Source: Psychrobacter sp.
Lineage (GTDB): Bacteria; Pseudomonadota; Gammaproteobacteria; Pseudomonadales; Moraxellaceae
Assembly: GCF_018260395.1 (NCBI RefSeq)
Contig: NZ_JAGLBC010000001.1
Span: 4,301 to 68,300, forward strand
Reading direction: 5' to 3'
DNA: 64,000 nt
The notes under the pieces were generated by a model. The model was not told the origin of the DNA. It saw only the letters and a list, made by a program, of their open reading frames with translations, and made no database searches. The number at the start of each line of letters is the position of its first letter. Position 1 is the first letter of the stretch. The position numbers and the translations under genes were made by a program. Below, one piece after another: positions 43,924 to 53,991 of this stretch.

Positions 43924-43995
43924 CCTATATGAAGATTTATATAAAATTAAGGTATAAAACTTCATACAATTTTCATGTATTGCCCTAAACCCTAC

Positions 43996-44712
43996 TTACC
44001 ACACGATTTCAATTGGGGTTCCCACTTTAACGGCATTCATAATCTCATCCATTTCGGCATTGGTAACTGCCAAACAGCCATCGGTCCAATTTCGCTGCTG
44101 GGTTAGCTCTGCAAATTGTCCAAATCCATTCATTTGACCATGTATCATAATATCGCCACCAGGATTAACGCCACGAGTCTTAGCTTGCGCTCTATCTGTA
44201 TTATTGGGGTAGCTAATATGGATGGATCGATGTGCAATTGAATTCTCATTTTTATAATCTAAAATATATAAGCCCTCTGGTGTTCGCTCATCACCTTCTT
44301 GCTGCTTATGGCCTTTAACCACATCTCCTAGCGCAATATGATAACTTTTAACCGCTTTACCATCTTGCAGGAGATATAATTTTTGTGTGGATTTATCAGC
44401 ATATACTTTATCTATATTCGCTTCAGCAAGACTGAGTGGTGAGGGTGAAAAATGTTTATCATAACCCGATTGCTCGAAAGAGGATTGCACTCTTATCAAT
44501 TTTTCTAATTCTTGTTCGCTTGATTCTTTGGAAATAAGCAATACCAGAATGCCCAAAACAAATATCAGCAAAAAAATTATTTTTATAAGGTGATATTTTT
44601 TATGATGGTTTTTTATAGCAAGATGAGTGGACTGCCTACATGCGGCTGTATGTGAGGTAGCATTTGATAAGGATTTGTTAGAAGCGTTTGATGAAGATTC
44701 TAAATTGGGCAT
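43996..44712 (-). CDS. L,D-transpeptidase (YkuD) family protein, membrane-anchored
   Basis: 238 aa with an N-terminal TM segment. Catalytic-type motif IMIHGQ...NWTDGCLAVTN. Confidence 0.75.
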   Translation of the reverse strand: MPNLESSSNASNKSLSNATSHTAACRQSTHLAIKNHHKKYHLIKIIFLLIFVLGILVLLISKESSEQELEKLIRVQSSFEQSGYDKHFSPSPLSLAEANIDKVYADKSTQKLYLLQDGKAVKSYHIALGDVVKGHKQQEGDERTPEGLYILDYKNENSIAHRSIHISYPNNTDRAQAKTRGVNPGGDIMIHGQMNGFGQFAELTQQRNWTDGCLAVTNAEMDEIMNAVKVGTPIEIVW

Positions 44713-44817
44713 AGGATTACCTGTACATCACAGCAGTCAAAGATAATTGATTATGACTATGACCTATGTGAATAACAGGTATATAAGATGTATTTTGGAT
44801 GGAAAGCTTATTCGAGA

Positions 44818-45726
44818 TTACTTATTGGCTATTCCCAAAAGTTGTCCCATCTGCACTGCAGAACCAGATTGCATAGTTTTTGACCACTCAACACCGGCCG
44901 ACTTTGGCATTACCACAATTGCGGTAGAGCCCAAATAGAAGCGTCCTAATTCATCGCCTTTATTAAGGGTGAGATTATGCGCTAGGGTTTGTATAGAGTC
45001 ACTGCGCTCGATTTTGCCGGTAGCAACCGTTTCAATTCCTGCAACAATCATTGCCCCTACCAACACCACTGCAGCACGGCCATGTTGAGTCTCAAAAATA
45101 CAAACTAGACGCTCATTGCGCGCAAACAAATCAGGAACATTTTGAGCAGTAACATTATTAACTGAGAATAAAGCACCGGGCACATAACGGGTTTCGATCA
45201 ATTTGCCATCAAAAGGCATGTGTACACGATGATAATTACTGGGTGCCAGATAAACAGTGGCAAAACTACCAGCACTGTAATAATCAGCATCCTTATTGTC
45301 AGTGTCTGCCAATAAATGGCCGACGGCATAGTAACGACCTTTGGCTTGCAGTAATTGATCTTGTTCAATATAACCTATCTGTGAAATTACGCCATCAGCA
45401 GGCGAGACAATGCCGTTTGCAGTGTCATTAATAGGGCGAGCATCCTTTGCTAATTCACGAGTAAAAAAATCATTGAAGCTTTTAAAGTCGCTTAGGTTTT
45501 TTCTACCATACTCATCTAATGTAATGCCATACGCTTTGGCAAACATACTAACAAAAGCCTTCTTTACGAATGGGTTGTTGCTAGCAGCAAGCCGACCTGC
45601 GGTTTCGCTTAACTTTTGTTGAGGCACAACATGTTGTATGGCAGTAAATATACCGTCTTTGGTTAGCAGCTGTTGAGCTTGTTTTTTGATTGACTCTTTC
45701 ATAATATTTTTCATAAGGCTGTTCAA
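44818..45726 (-). CDS. psd: phosphatidylserine decarboxylase proenzyme
   Basis: 302 aa. YHRVHMP, and FYLGSTAIV containing the LGST self-cleavage site. Confidence 0.9.
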   Translation of the reverse strand: MNSLMKNIMKESIKKQAQQLLTKDGIFTAIQHVVPQQKLSETAGRLAASNNPFVKKAFVSMFAKAYGITLDEYGRKNLSDFKSFNDFFTRELAKDARPINDTANGIVSPADGVISQIGYIEQDQLLQAKGRYYAVGHLLADTDNKDADYYSAGSFATVYLAPSNYHRVHMPFDGKLIETRYVPGALFSVNNVTAQNVPDLFARNERLVCIFETQHGRAAVVLVGAMIVAGIETVATGKIERSDSIQTLAHNLTLNKGDELGRFYLGSTAIVVMPKSAGVEWSKTMQSGSAVQMGQLLGIANK

Positions 45727-45868
45727 CGTAAGATAGGGAAATAAAGATTCATTGATAGGGTTAAATATAAGATTAGTTTATCATGAATGCTATCTAATAT
45801 AAGGGTATAGATAGAAGATATTGGTCTTCATTAACCTTAAAAAAACTAAATTAGGAGGTATATAAATT

Positions 45869-46315
45869 ATGAAGACATTGATTCAAAGGGTTACCAAAGC
45901 GAGCGTAGTAGTAGAGGGGAATACGGTGGGAGAAATTAATAAAGGTATTTTGGCTTATATTGGTTTAGGTCCAGAAGATACGTTGCAAACCGCAAAAAAA
46001 ATGATCGATAAAATTTTGACTTACCGCATATTTGACAATGAAGCTGGTAAGCTTGACCAAAATGTACAGCAAGTACAGGGTGGGCTACTATTGGTATCAC
46101 AATTTACTTTAATGGCAAAAACTGACAAAGGTCGTCGGCCAGATTTTGGCAGGGCAATGGCACCACAGATAGCCAATGCCTTATTCGAACAAATGGTTGC
46201 GTATGCAAAACAGCAGTATGGAGAAGTAAAGACAGGTGAGTTTGGGGCTAATATGTTGGTCAAAGCTGACAACGATGGCCCGCTTAATTTCATTTTAGAA
46301 ATCGATTATTATTGA
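45869..46315 (+). CDS. dtd: D-aminoacyl-tRNA deacylase
   Basis: 148 aa. MKTLIQRV start, SQFTL and NDGPLNFILE. Confidence 0.95.
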   Translation: MKTLIQRVTKASVVVEGNTVGEINKGILAYIGLGPEDTLQTAKKMIDKILTYRIFDNEAGKLDQNVQQVQGGLLLVSQFTLMAKTDKGRRPDFGRAMAPQIANALFEQMVAYAKQQYGEVKTGEFGANMLVKADNDGPLNFILEIDYY

Positions 46316-46391
46316 ATTTAAAAAGGGCTTTTTGATTCATTATAAAAATGATTGTTAAATTAAATGATAACTTAGTCTAATAAGTTAGTTG

Positions 46392-46414
46392 CTTGTCATC
46401 GATTTGTCATAATT
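46392..46414 (+). promoter_or_regulatory. Pho box upstream of phoB
   Basis: cTTGTCATcgatTTGTCATaatt: two TTGTCAT heptamers spaced 4 bp apart, as in the CTGTCAT-N4-CTGTCAT consensus, about 110 bp upstream of the phoB ATG. Confidence 0.6.
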
Positions 46415-46523
46415 ATAAGCTGTAATATAACGGTCATAATTTTACGAGATATATTACAGCGTTCTGATATTGTACTTATCCATTATTCAACAATATCAGT
46501 GACGTAAACTATAGGACAATAGC

Positions 46524-47222
46524 ATGAATACTGAAACCATATTGGTTGTAGAAGATGAACCTGCCATCCGCGAGATGATTATTACTACTTTAGAGATGGC
46601 AGGATTTGAATGTCTGCAAGCGGAGGATGTGAATGATGCTCACAACCAAGTGGTGGATCACAGACCGGCAATGATATTATTAGATTGGATGTTACCTGGC
46701 AATCAATCAGGCATTGATTTATGTCGTCGTCTTAAGAAGGACGAGATGCTGTCTGAGATTCCAATTATTATGTTAACCGCACGCGGTGAAGAAGATAATA
46801 AAGTACAAGGATTGGATGCCGGTGCTGATGATTATATCACTAAGCCATTCTCTACTAGAGAGCTTGTATCAAGAATCAAAGCTGTTCTGCGACGCAGTAG
46901 TGTTTTATCTGGCGAAAAGCCTATTGAAGCTAAAGGATTGAGTCTAGATCCCGTGAGTCAACGTCTATCAGCTGATGGTACGCCAGTTGATATTGGACCC
47001 ACTGAATATCGTCTATTGGCTTTCTTTATGAGTCACCCAGAGCGAGCTTATACCCGAACTCAGTTGTTAGATCAAGTCTGGGGTGGCAACGTTTATGTAG
47101 AAGATCGTACTATTGATGTTCATATTCGACGCTTACGCAAAGTACTTGAGCCATACGAATATGCCGGGTTTATCCAAACAGTTCGTGGCACAGGTTATCG
47201 CTTCTCAACTCAAGTGCATTGA
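46524..47222 (+). CDS. phoB: phosphate regulon response regulator
   Basis: 232 aa. [15 protein letters not shown] and C-terminal [10 protein letters not shown]. It is followed by phoR and preceded by a Pho box. Confidence 0.9.
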   Translation: MNTETILVVEDEPAIREMIITTLEMAGFECLQAEDVNDAHNQVVDHRPAMILLDWMLPGNQSGIDLCRRLKKDEMLSEIPIIMLTARGEEDNKVQGLDAGADDYITKPFSTRELVSRIKAVLRRSSVLSGEKPIEAKGLSLDPVSQRLSADGTPVDIGPTEYRLLAFFMSHPERAYTRTQLLDQVWGGNVYVEDRTIDVHIRRLRKVLEPYEYAGFIQTVRGTGYRFSTQVH

Positions 47223-47317
47223 TTTAATAAAGGGCTTAAAATAGGTTATAATTTTTTAATAATCTAAATATTTAGCCATTTTCTTTTATCATTTGTATTA
47301 CGACAGTTGAGAATGCC

Positions 47318-48883
47318 ATGAGTTTGTCATCGGACAAGAAGCCTACTTTAGAAGTCGATAAGCAAGAGGTTGATGACCAACTAGCGGCAGAAAACACTAA
47401 GCAATCTGATTTGGAGAAATCTGTTAAGCCACTTAAATCCTCGAATAAAAAAAGTCAGGCACCCAGTTTACTTAACGAAAAGCAAGTTAGACTGGATAGA
47501 CAAGGTGACGATCGCCATGGCACCACTTTATTTTGGTCTGATTTCAAATGGTTGGTCATATTAATACTATCCGCAATAGCAGTCGGCGCTTATCTTGGTT
47601 CAATGCTTTGGGGCATTATTATAGCCTTATTGCTTTATCATGTTTGGCGTCTGTATGCTGTTCAGAAGTTCTATAATTGGACGAGTAAGTCTTTAACTTT
47701 GCCACCTCCCGTATTGTCAGGCAGCTTAACCTTTATCGCCAATCAGCTTTACGATAGTAAAAAACAAGAGCAAATGACCCATCAGAAAATGATGGGATTA
47801 ATTAAAAAGATTCGTAGCTCCTTACTGGCACTGCAAGATGCGGTGATTTTACTAGATAAAGAAGATACCTTAGAGTGGTGGAACCAAGCGGCTGAGACCT
47901 TATTAGACCTGCGCTCAGAAGATCAAGGTCGAAGTATCTTAGATTTGATCAATGTGCCAGAGTTTCAAGATTATTATATCAATGCGGTTTCTCCCAATGA
48001 AGGGTTGAGATTGCGCTCTTGGCGTAACTATGAACGTTATTTACAGTGTGAAGTCACTCACTTTGGCGCAGAAAAGCTATTAATTATTTATGATGTGACT
48101 CGATTACAGCATTTAGAACAGATGCGTAAAGACTTTGTGGGTAATGTCTCGCACGAATTAAGAACGCCACTAACTGTTTTGATGGGCTATATTGAAACCT
48201 TTTCAGATCAGCCTGACTTAGATCCAAAATGGAAGCGTGGCTTTAACTTAATGACCCAACAAACCGAGCGTATGAATCGCATTATTAATGATTTATTGCT
48301 GTTATCACGTCTTGAGAATGAAGAGGCTATTCGTTCTGAGCGGGTAGATATGCCGAAACTATTGACCAGTATCTTCGATGATACTCAAATCTATAATAAA
48401 GATTATGGCCATTTGATCGACCTACATATTGACTCTCAATTAGATGTTTATGGCTCTTTTGTTTATCTCAATAGCGCTTTATTAAATTTAGTTACCAATG
48501 CTATAAAGTACACGCCTAAAGGGGGTGAGATTAGAATTGCTTGGCAAGAGGTTAAAAATGGGTGTCTATTTTCAGTTCAAGACAATGGAATTGGAATTGC
48601 CAGTGAGCACCTTGAACGCTTAACGGAACGTTTTTATCGGGTAGACAGTGGTCGCAGTAGAAGTACTGGTGGTACTGGACTTGGATTGGCAATCGTAAAA
48701 CATGTGCTCTATCAGCATGATGCTAAACTGAACATTGAGTCAGAGGAAAACAAAGGGTCAACCTTCAGTGTTTTCTTTCCAGCGCATCGTATTTATAAAG
48801 CGGGCGATGATAAAAGTGATGATAAACTAGAGTGTAATGATGTTGGTATAAAGACTGACCTTAAACAAATAGCAGCAGAATAA
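47318..48883 (+). CDS. phoR: phosphate regulon sensor histidine kinase
   Basis: 521 aa. PAS-like region, H-box FVGNVSHELRTPLT, and N/G boxes (NAIKYTP, DNGIGI, GTGLGLAIV). It has a long low-complexity N-terminal extension. Confidence 0.9.
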   Translation: MSLSSDKKPTLEVDKQEVDDQLAAENTKQSDLEKSVKPLKSSNKKSQAPSLLNEKQVRLDRQGDDRHGTTLFWSDFKWLVILILSAIAVGAYLGSMLWGIIIALLLYHVWRLYAVQKFYNWTSKSLTLPPPVLSGSLTFIANQLYDSKKQEQMTHQKMMGLIKKIRSSLLALQDAVILLDKEDTLEWWNQAAETLLDLRSEDQGRSILDLINVPEFQDYYINAVSPNEGLRLRSWRNYERYLQCEVTHFGAEKLLIIYDVTRLQHLEQMRKDFVGNVSHELRTPLTVLMGYIETFSDQPDLDPKWKRGFNLMTQQTERMNRIINDLLLLSRLENEEAIRSERVDMPKLLTSIFDDTQIYNKDYGHLIDLHIDSQLDVYGSFVYLNSALLNLVTNAIKYTPKGGEIRIAWQEVKNGCLFSVQDNGIGIASEHLERLTERFYRVDSGRSRSTGGTGLGLAIVKHVLYQHDAKLNIESEENKGSTFSVFFPAHRIYKAGDDKSDDKLECNDVGIKTDLKQIAAE

Positions 48884-48939
48884 ATACCTTTATAATAGCA
48901 AAGTTATTATAACAGCAAAGATATTTAAACCAAAAAAAA

Positions 48940-48973
48940 GAGCCATTCATTAAATAAGAATGGCTCTTTTTTT
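48940..48973 (+). terminator. rho-independent terminator after phoR
   Basis: gagccattc-attaaataa-gaatggctc followed by T7. Confidence 0.85.
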
Positions 48974-49090
48974 ATTTAAATTTGATTGGCTATTTATTGC
49001 TATAATTTAATTAAATTTGAGTTTAATAAGTCATGCAACTTAAGCGCTTTTATCAAATAAATAACCAATTGAATAAGAGTTCAATAGTTA

Positions 49091-49573
49091 TTAATGTTGT
49101 ACACCACCAGTGCCATGCACGTGACCATGGTTTAGTTCGTCTTCTGTGGCTGCACGTACTTCAACGATTTCAACATCAAAGCTTAATTTTTTGCCAGCTA
49201 ATGGATGGTTAGCATCTACCGTTACTGTTTCATCATTCACATCAGTAACAGTTACAAGCATAACTTGACCTTCAGCTTCAGACTGGAACTGCATGCCAGG
49301 CTGAATGTTATCAACCCCTTGGAAATTAGAGCGAGGTACTTGTTGTACTGCTTGCTCTTGGTATTCACCATAAGCGTCAGCAGGTTCGATAACTGCTGTT
49401 AATGATTCGCCAGCAGACTTGCCTTCAAGCTCTTTTTCAAGACCTGGGATGATGTTGTTATGACCATGTAAGTAAGCCAATGGCTCACCTTGTGATTGGT
49501 CAATAACGTTGCCATTCTCGTCTTTTAGAATGTAATTAAAGCGTACAGCAGTATCTTTTGCGATGGTTGTCAT
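49091..49573 (-). CDS. slyD: FKBP-type peptidyl-prolyl cis-trans isomerase SlyD
   Basis: 160 aa. FKBP domain with an IF insert (YLHGHNNIIPGLE, NHPLAGK) and a short His-rich tail. Confidence 0.8.
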   Translation of the reverse strand: MTTIAKDTAVRFNYILKDENGNVIDQSQGEPLAYLHGHNNIIPGLEKELEGKSAGESLTAVIEPADAYGEYQEQAVQQVPRSNFQGVDNIQPGMQFQSEAEGQVMLVTVTDVNDETVTVDANHPLAGKKLSFDVEIVEVRAATEDELNHGHVHGTGGVQH

Positions 49574-50155
49574 AAAATTTCCTCAAAAAAATATAGGCGT
49601 TCTATATGTTAAAAATACAATAAAGTAGGGTGCTTATTATGGCAAAAATAAGATTAATTATATCGAAAACATAGTTAACATTTACCGTAAACTTTTGGTT
49701 AGCCACACCTCTGCAAATTGCCTTGTGTTATAGATTGCGATGAAAGACATAAGTTTCAAGTCATGTTCTCAAATTAATTGATAAATTGCTAAGGTTTTTA
49801 CAAATATATAAGCCTATTTATTAGAGATTTGGCAAAATGTGGCTGAATTAAGCCTAAATTATTTAAAATTTCAGTTAATATCTAATGTAAGTACGAGTTT
49901 TAAGGTTCATATGCCTTAAAATCTGACTAATATTTTAATGTTGTATAGCCACCAGTGATTCATATAATAGGAGCTATTGAACTATTAATTATATGTTCAG
50001 CATATTTAACTTATATGAAAAAATACAATAAATAAAATACAATCTATTAAAATATTTATTTACATTGTCCTAAATCCTACAGTAGCAAACGCCTAAAATA
50101 ATCTATTAGTCTTAAAGGCTGGTTACTGTTTTTTATAAGCTAAAAACTCATTGAA

Positions 50156-52180
50156 ATGGATATAAACCCTAATATGACCACTTTGCAGAATATCAAAGGC
50201 AATCCAGATTTAAAAAACAACAGCCAAGACAATTTGTCACAGGTTGATTATCATTTAAATTTTAGCCGTTTTAGAGAGCATATAGTGGATGTCAGCCTGA
50301 CCTTCATCGCTAAACAAGATAACCCTGTTTTATGGCTACCTGCTTGGATTCCGGGCAGTTATCTGATACGTGAATTTGCTCGAAATATAACAGCGGTGCA
50401 TTATCTATCTATATATAAAAACAGTCTACTTAAAGACAAAACCAATCAATTTAAAGAGAAAACCAATAATCAGCTTATAGAAGACGCTCAGAATCTACCC
50501 GATAAAAAAATTCAAACTGCTATGCTTAGAGCTCGCAAACTGAGTAAGAATGAATGGCAATTGACGGATATCAAAGCTGGAGATACGGTACAGGTAAGTT
50601 ATGAAGTGTACTGTTATGACTTATCGGTTCGTACCGCTTACGTGGATCAAAAGCGTCTTTACGGTAACTTTACTTCGTTGGCACTAGCAGTACAGAATTT
50701 AGAAAATTCTGCAGTTACCGTCATGTTGATTGTACCTCAAGCTTTTTATGATATTAATGCTGCAGATAGATCAATCAAACTGGCTTGTGGTCTTAAGCCA
50801 ACTTACTTGCACAGTGCTAACTTGCATTATTATCACCTGCAAGCTGAGAACTATCATGAACTTATCGACTATCCGTTCGAGATTGCGCCACAAGATGAAT
50901 TTGATTTTATTGTTCACGATAATTGGCACAATACTATTGCACACCATTTCTATATATCTGGTAAGCACTCAGCCAATATGGGCAGGCTACAGCAGGATAT
51001 TAAGCAAATTTGCCAGACCTATGTCAGTTGGCTAGGCGATGCTCCATTTGGTAGTGAAGACTATCATGGCTATACTTTTATGACTTATGCGAGCGGTAAT
51101 GATTATGGTGGTCTTGAGCACATTAACTCGACTAGTTTGGTAGCGCCTCGTAATGATTTGCCGATAGCCGAAGAGCCTGATGAACCTAGCGAAAGCTATC
51201 AACGCTTTTTAGGATTGTGTAGCCATGAGTATTTCCACGCTTGGTGGGTTAAGACCGTGCGTCCTGATGTCATGCTCAATGTTGATCTACGTAAAGAAGC
51301 ATACACCTCACTACTTTGGGTGTTTGAGGGCTTTACCTCCTATATTGATGATTTTATGCTACAGGCATCAGGGGTGGTCAGCAAATATAGCTATCTTAAA
51401 TTGTTAGCTGCTCAGATTAACCGTTATACCCAAACTCACGGCCGTATGCTACAAAGCGTAGCTGAGTCAAGCTATGATGCTTGGATTAAGCTGTATCGTG
51501 CCGATGAAAATACCGGTAATGCTGGTATCAGTTACTATAATAAAGGAGCAATGGTAGCACTTTGTTTAGACTTGACCCTAATGCAGCAAAGTGCAGGTAA
51601 ATACCGTTTATTTGATGTGGTAAAAGCTTTTTATACCTTGGCAAAAGAGCAAGGGAGGGCAGGAAATCGTATCCGTATTGGTATGGACAATGATAATCTT
51701 GAAGCGGTCATTGGTCAGTTTATGGATAAGGAGTTATGGAAAGCGTTTAAAGCCAGATATGTGGATGGCGTTGATGAATTACCTATTCAGGACTTGCTAC
51801 AGACTAATGGCATAACCTTCAAGTTAGAAGAAAAAGAAAACACTTCACCTTGGGGTATTGCAATCACCGAGACCACAGAAGGTCTAAATGTTAATAAAGT
51901 GTTGCGTGATAGCGTGGCTAGTGAGGCGGGGATTTCTGCTAAGGATGTGATTGTAGCAATTGATGGCGTAAAGGCGAGTAAAAAGCAGCTTCAAAGTATT
52001 GCAGAATCAAACCTTGAAACCGTACTTTGTCATGCGTTCCGCCGTGATGAATTAATGACTTTTGATGTGGCTAACAAAACCCAATCTGGCATCACAGCTA
52101 ATCCAAGCTTAGACAAAGTTAGTTTGAGTTTGAACGAGTCAGGGTATGAGACTTGGTTGACGCCTAGCTTTGTAAAGTAG
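50156..52180 (+). CDS. M61 family (glycyl aminopeptidase-like) metallopeptidase with C-terminal PDZ domain
   Basis: 674 aa. HEYFHAW zinc motif and a PDZ-like segment GISAKDVIVAIDGVKA. Confidence 0.8.
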   Translation: MDINPNMTTLQNIKGNPDLKNNSQDNLSQVDYHLNFSRFREHIVDVSLTFIAKQDNPVLWLPAWIPGSYLIREFARNITAVHYLSIYKNSLLKDKTNQFKEKTNNQLIEDAQNLPDKKIQTAMLRARKLSKNEWQLTDIKAGDTVQVSYEVYCYDLSVRTAYVDQKRLYGNFTSLALAVQNLENSAVTVMLIVPQAFYDINAADRSIKLACGLKPTYLHSANLHYYHLQAENYHELIDYPFEIAPQDEFDFIVHDNWHNTIAHHFYISGKHSANMGRLQQDIKQICQTYVSWLGDAPFGSEDYHGYTFMTYASGNDYGGLEHINSTSLVAPRNDLPIAEEPDEPSESYQRFLGLCSHEYFHAWWVKTVRPDVMLNVDLRKEAYTSLLWVFEGFTSYIDDFMLQASGVVSKYSYLKLLAAQINRYTQTHGRMLQSVAESSYDAWIKLYRADENTGNAGISYYNKGAMVALCLDLTLMQQSAGKYRLFDVVKAFYTLAKEQGRAGNRIRIGMDNDNLEAVIGQFMDKELWKAFKARYVDGVDELPIQDLLQTNGITFKLEEKENTSPWGIAITETTEGLNVNKVLRDSVASEAGISAKDVIVAIDGVKASKKQLQSIAESNLETVLCHAFRRDELMTFDVANKTQSGITANPSLDKVSLSLNESGYETWLTPSFVK

Positions 52181-52199
52181 CTTTGTGAAGTAGGTTGGG

Positions 52200-52365
52200 T
52201 TAGGGGAGCTAATCCAGATTTTCGCTACTATCTTGGTTGGTATTGTGGCGTGCGCTAATGATCTGTGTCGTTCCTGCTTTACGATAACGCCACCTATCAA
52301 GCGCACGCACCACAGTACTGTACCAAGTATATCTGCTGCAATCTGGGCTAAACGAACTTGTTAGA
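52200..52365 (-). ncRNA. candidate structured RNA, long imperfect hairpin with internal bubble (6S-RNA-like); strand uncertain
   Basis: Arms 52211-52255 and 52301-52350 pair over most of their length, for example tgtggcgtgcgc with gcgcacgc(a)c(c)aca, cttgg with ccaag, and aatccagatt with aatctgg. A roughly 11 x 12 nt unpaired bubble is formed by 52221-52231 and 52328-52339. The apex folds further (gtggcgtt / aacgacac). The region is visibly GC-richer than surrounding intergenic DNA. Confidence 0.4.
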
Positions 52366-52582
52366 GCAACGGTGGTTTTTTTACAAGTCAATCTATCCTC
52401 AGCCCTTCCTTTAAAAAAAGAAGGTAGCAACATACTCTTACTAAGAGCAAATTTATGTAGGACTAAATAAAATCAAATCTTTTCTTTCGTAAAGTCGAGA
52501 TTTTATATTTGAAGGGTAGAAGTCTGTACTCTTTTTTATTTTCGAAGCAGTCTAATCAATGCATTAAATGACAATTTTATTT

Positions 52583-53179
52583 TCAATTCTCACCAAACTC
52601 ATCCATACGACTATCAGATGCCCATCGATATTCAGTTTCTTTAGCCACTTGCTGAGCAAACTCAATACCATGTCTATCTGCAATAAAACCCAATGCCATA
52701 TCCATGCCAGCACTCACCCCAGCAGAGGTGTAATATTTACCATCGACCACCCAGCGAGCATGTTTAATCCAATTTACGCTATCAGATTGTGACGTCGCCC
52801 ATTCCCAAGCTATCTTATTAGATGTCGCTTGCTTGTGATCAAGTAAGCCTGCTTTCGCCAATAAAGCACTGCCCGTACAAACAGACAATACCCATTCAGC
52901 ATCATTGGCCAGTTGTCGTAATCCTTGCAAAAATTGAATATCCTTAGCCTGCTTTCGAGTACCTAGTCCACCAACGACCAATAAAATATCGGTTGAGTTC
53001 GGTAAATTGGTAACAGAGTGAGTCGGCACGGATACATCGTGGGCATTATGAACTAACCCGCCGTTTGGGGAACAAAACTGAACGGTATAACGCTCATTGA
53101 GTCTGCCAAACATTTCAACAGGACCGAAGAGATCTAAGGTTTCAAAGTCATCGAATATAAGCGCCGTAATATTTTGCAT
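52583..53179 (-). CDS. DJ-1/PfpI family protein
   Basis: 198 aa. LLVVGGLG, then the nucleophile-elbow SVCTGSALLA and AGVSAGMDMAL. Confidence 0.85.
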   Translation of the reverse strand: MQNITALIFDDFETLDLFGPVEMFGRLNERYTVQFCSPNGGLVHNAHDVSVPTHSVTNLPNSTDILLVVGGLGTRKQAKDIQFLQGLRQLANDAEWVLSVCTGSALLAKAGLLDHKQATSNKIAWEWATSQSDSVNWIKHARWVVDGKYYTSAGVSAGMDMALGFIADRHGIEFAQQVAKETEYRWASDSRMDEFGEN

Positions 53180-53344
53180 ATCGTTTATCCTCTTACCTAA
53201 CTTTTTGATTTTTAACTCAAGATAATAATGGTAGGTATGGGTATATTATCTCCTAACGAATTGATTCCATAAATCATATTCTTTGATATAGTTTACAGGC
53301 TAAGCTTAAAGCGAGCTCAAGTGACTGTATATAGGAATTAACAT

Positions 53345-53971
53345 TTAAGTTAATGCCATCACTATCTTTTGGGTACGAGCCAATATTTCAGTCATATCGA
53401 CGACTTCACAGTTATATTGATTGGCATATATTTGTGCATTTTGAGGGTTGGTAAATGCTTTTGTTCGACAGCAAAAGCAAGCCCGTATTGACTCATTCAT
53501 TTGTGTGTCTCCAAGCGGAAAACTAAACCAGCAGTCATCGCAGTTAAAAACTGAGCCATCAAATTCAATCTTAATTTTAGTCTTATTAATAAAGTCGACA
53601 GTACGAATGGTGGCAGATTTTCCTACGAGCTTAGTAATAAAAAAAGCATCCCAAATACACCAAGCGAAAACCTTTCCTGATGGCCATTCAATAACGTGTT
53701 CAGTGGTATAATTTTTTTTATCATCAGTGTAATGATAACTTTGGCATCCGAAACAGGATGTTATCTTTCCAGCATGACTGTCAATGCACAATGATGCATG
53801 AGTATTATCTTGCATGATTAGTTGATAGTCTTTTGTATTCGGAGATAACCCTTGAGAAAACTGCTCGTATAGACGTAGTAAACTTTGTTTTGCAATAGGT
53901 TTTAGGTTTTTTATATCATCAATTAATAAGTAATATAGACTCTTGAAGTTATCAACAGCAAGTACTTCCAT
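53345..53971 (-). CDS. MerB-like (alkylmercury/organomercurial lyase fold) protein, orphan
   Basis: 208 aa. VFAWCIWDAFFITKLVGKSATI aligns with MerB [22 protein letters not shown] (Cys96, Asp99). ACFCCR aligns with MerB SFCCH (Cys159). The Cys-to-Cys spacing is 63 residues, as in MerB. Confidence 0.6.
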   Translation of the reverse strand: MEVLAVDNFKSLYYLLIDDIKNLKPIAKQSLLRLYEQFSQGLSPNTKDYQLIMQDNTHASLCIDSHAGKITSCFGCQSYHYTDDKKNYTTEHVIEWPSGKVFAWCIWDAFFITKLVGKSATIRTVDFINKTKIKIEFDGSVFNCDDCWFSFPLGDTQMNESIRACFCCRTKAFTNPQNAQIYANQYNCEVVDMTEILARTQKIVMALT

Positions 53972-53991
53972 AAATATTTTCCATTATATAT

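Noticed and set aside
52271-52290. The ACGACACA match between the apical part of the hairpin and E. coli 6S RNA, considered as supporting homology.
   Set aside because: In E. coli that segment forms the 3' side of the internal stem. Here it sits near the apex and pairs with a different partner, so the match is probably coincidental and I do not count it as evidence.
52209-52433. 74-aa minus-strand ORF in the peptidase/DJ-1 gap.
   Set aside because: It overlaps the long imperfect hairpin. I see no Shine-Dalgarno sequence and no family resemblance. The structure explains the region better than a coding sequence does.
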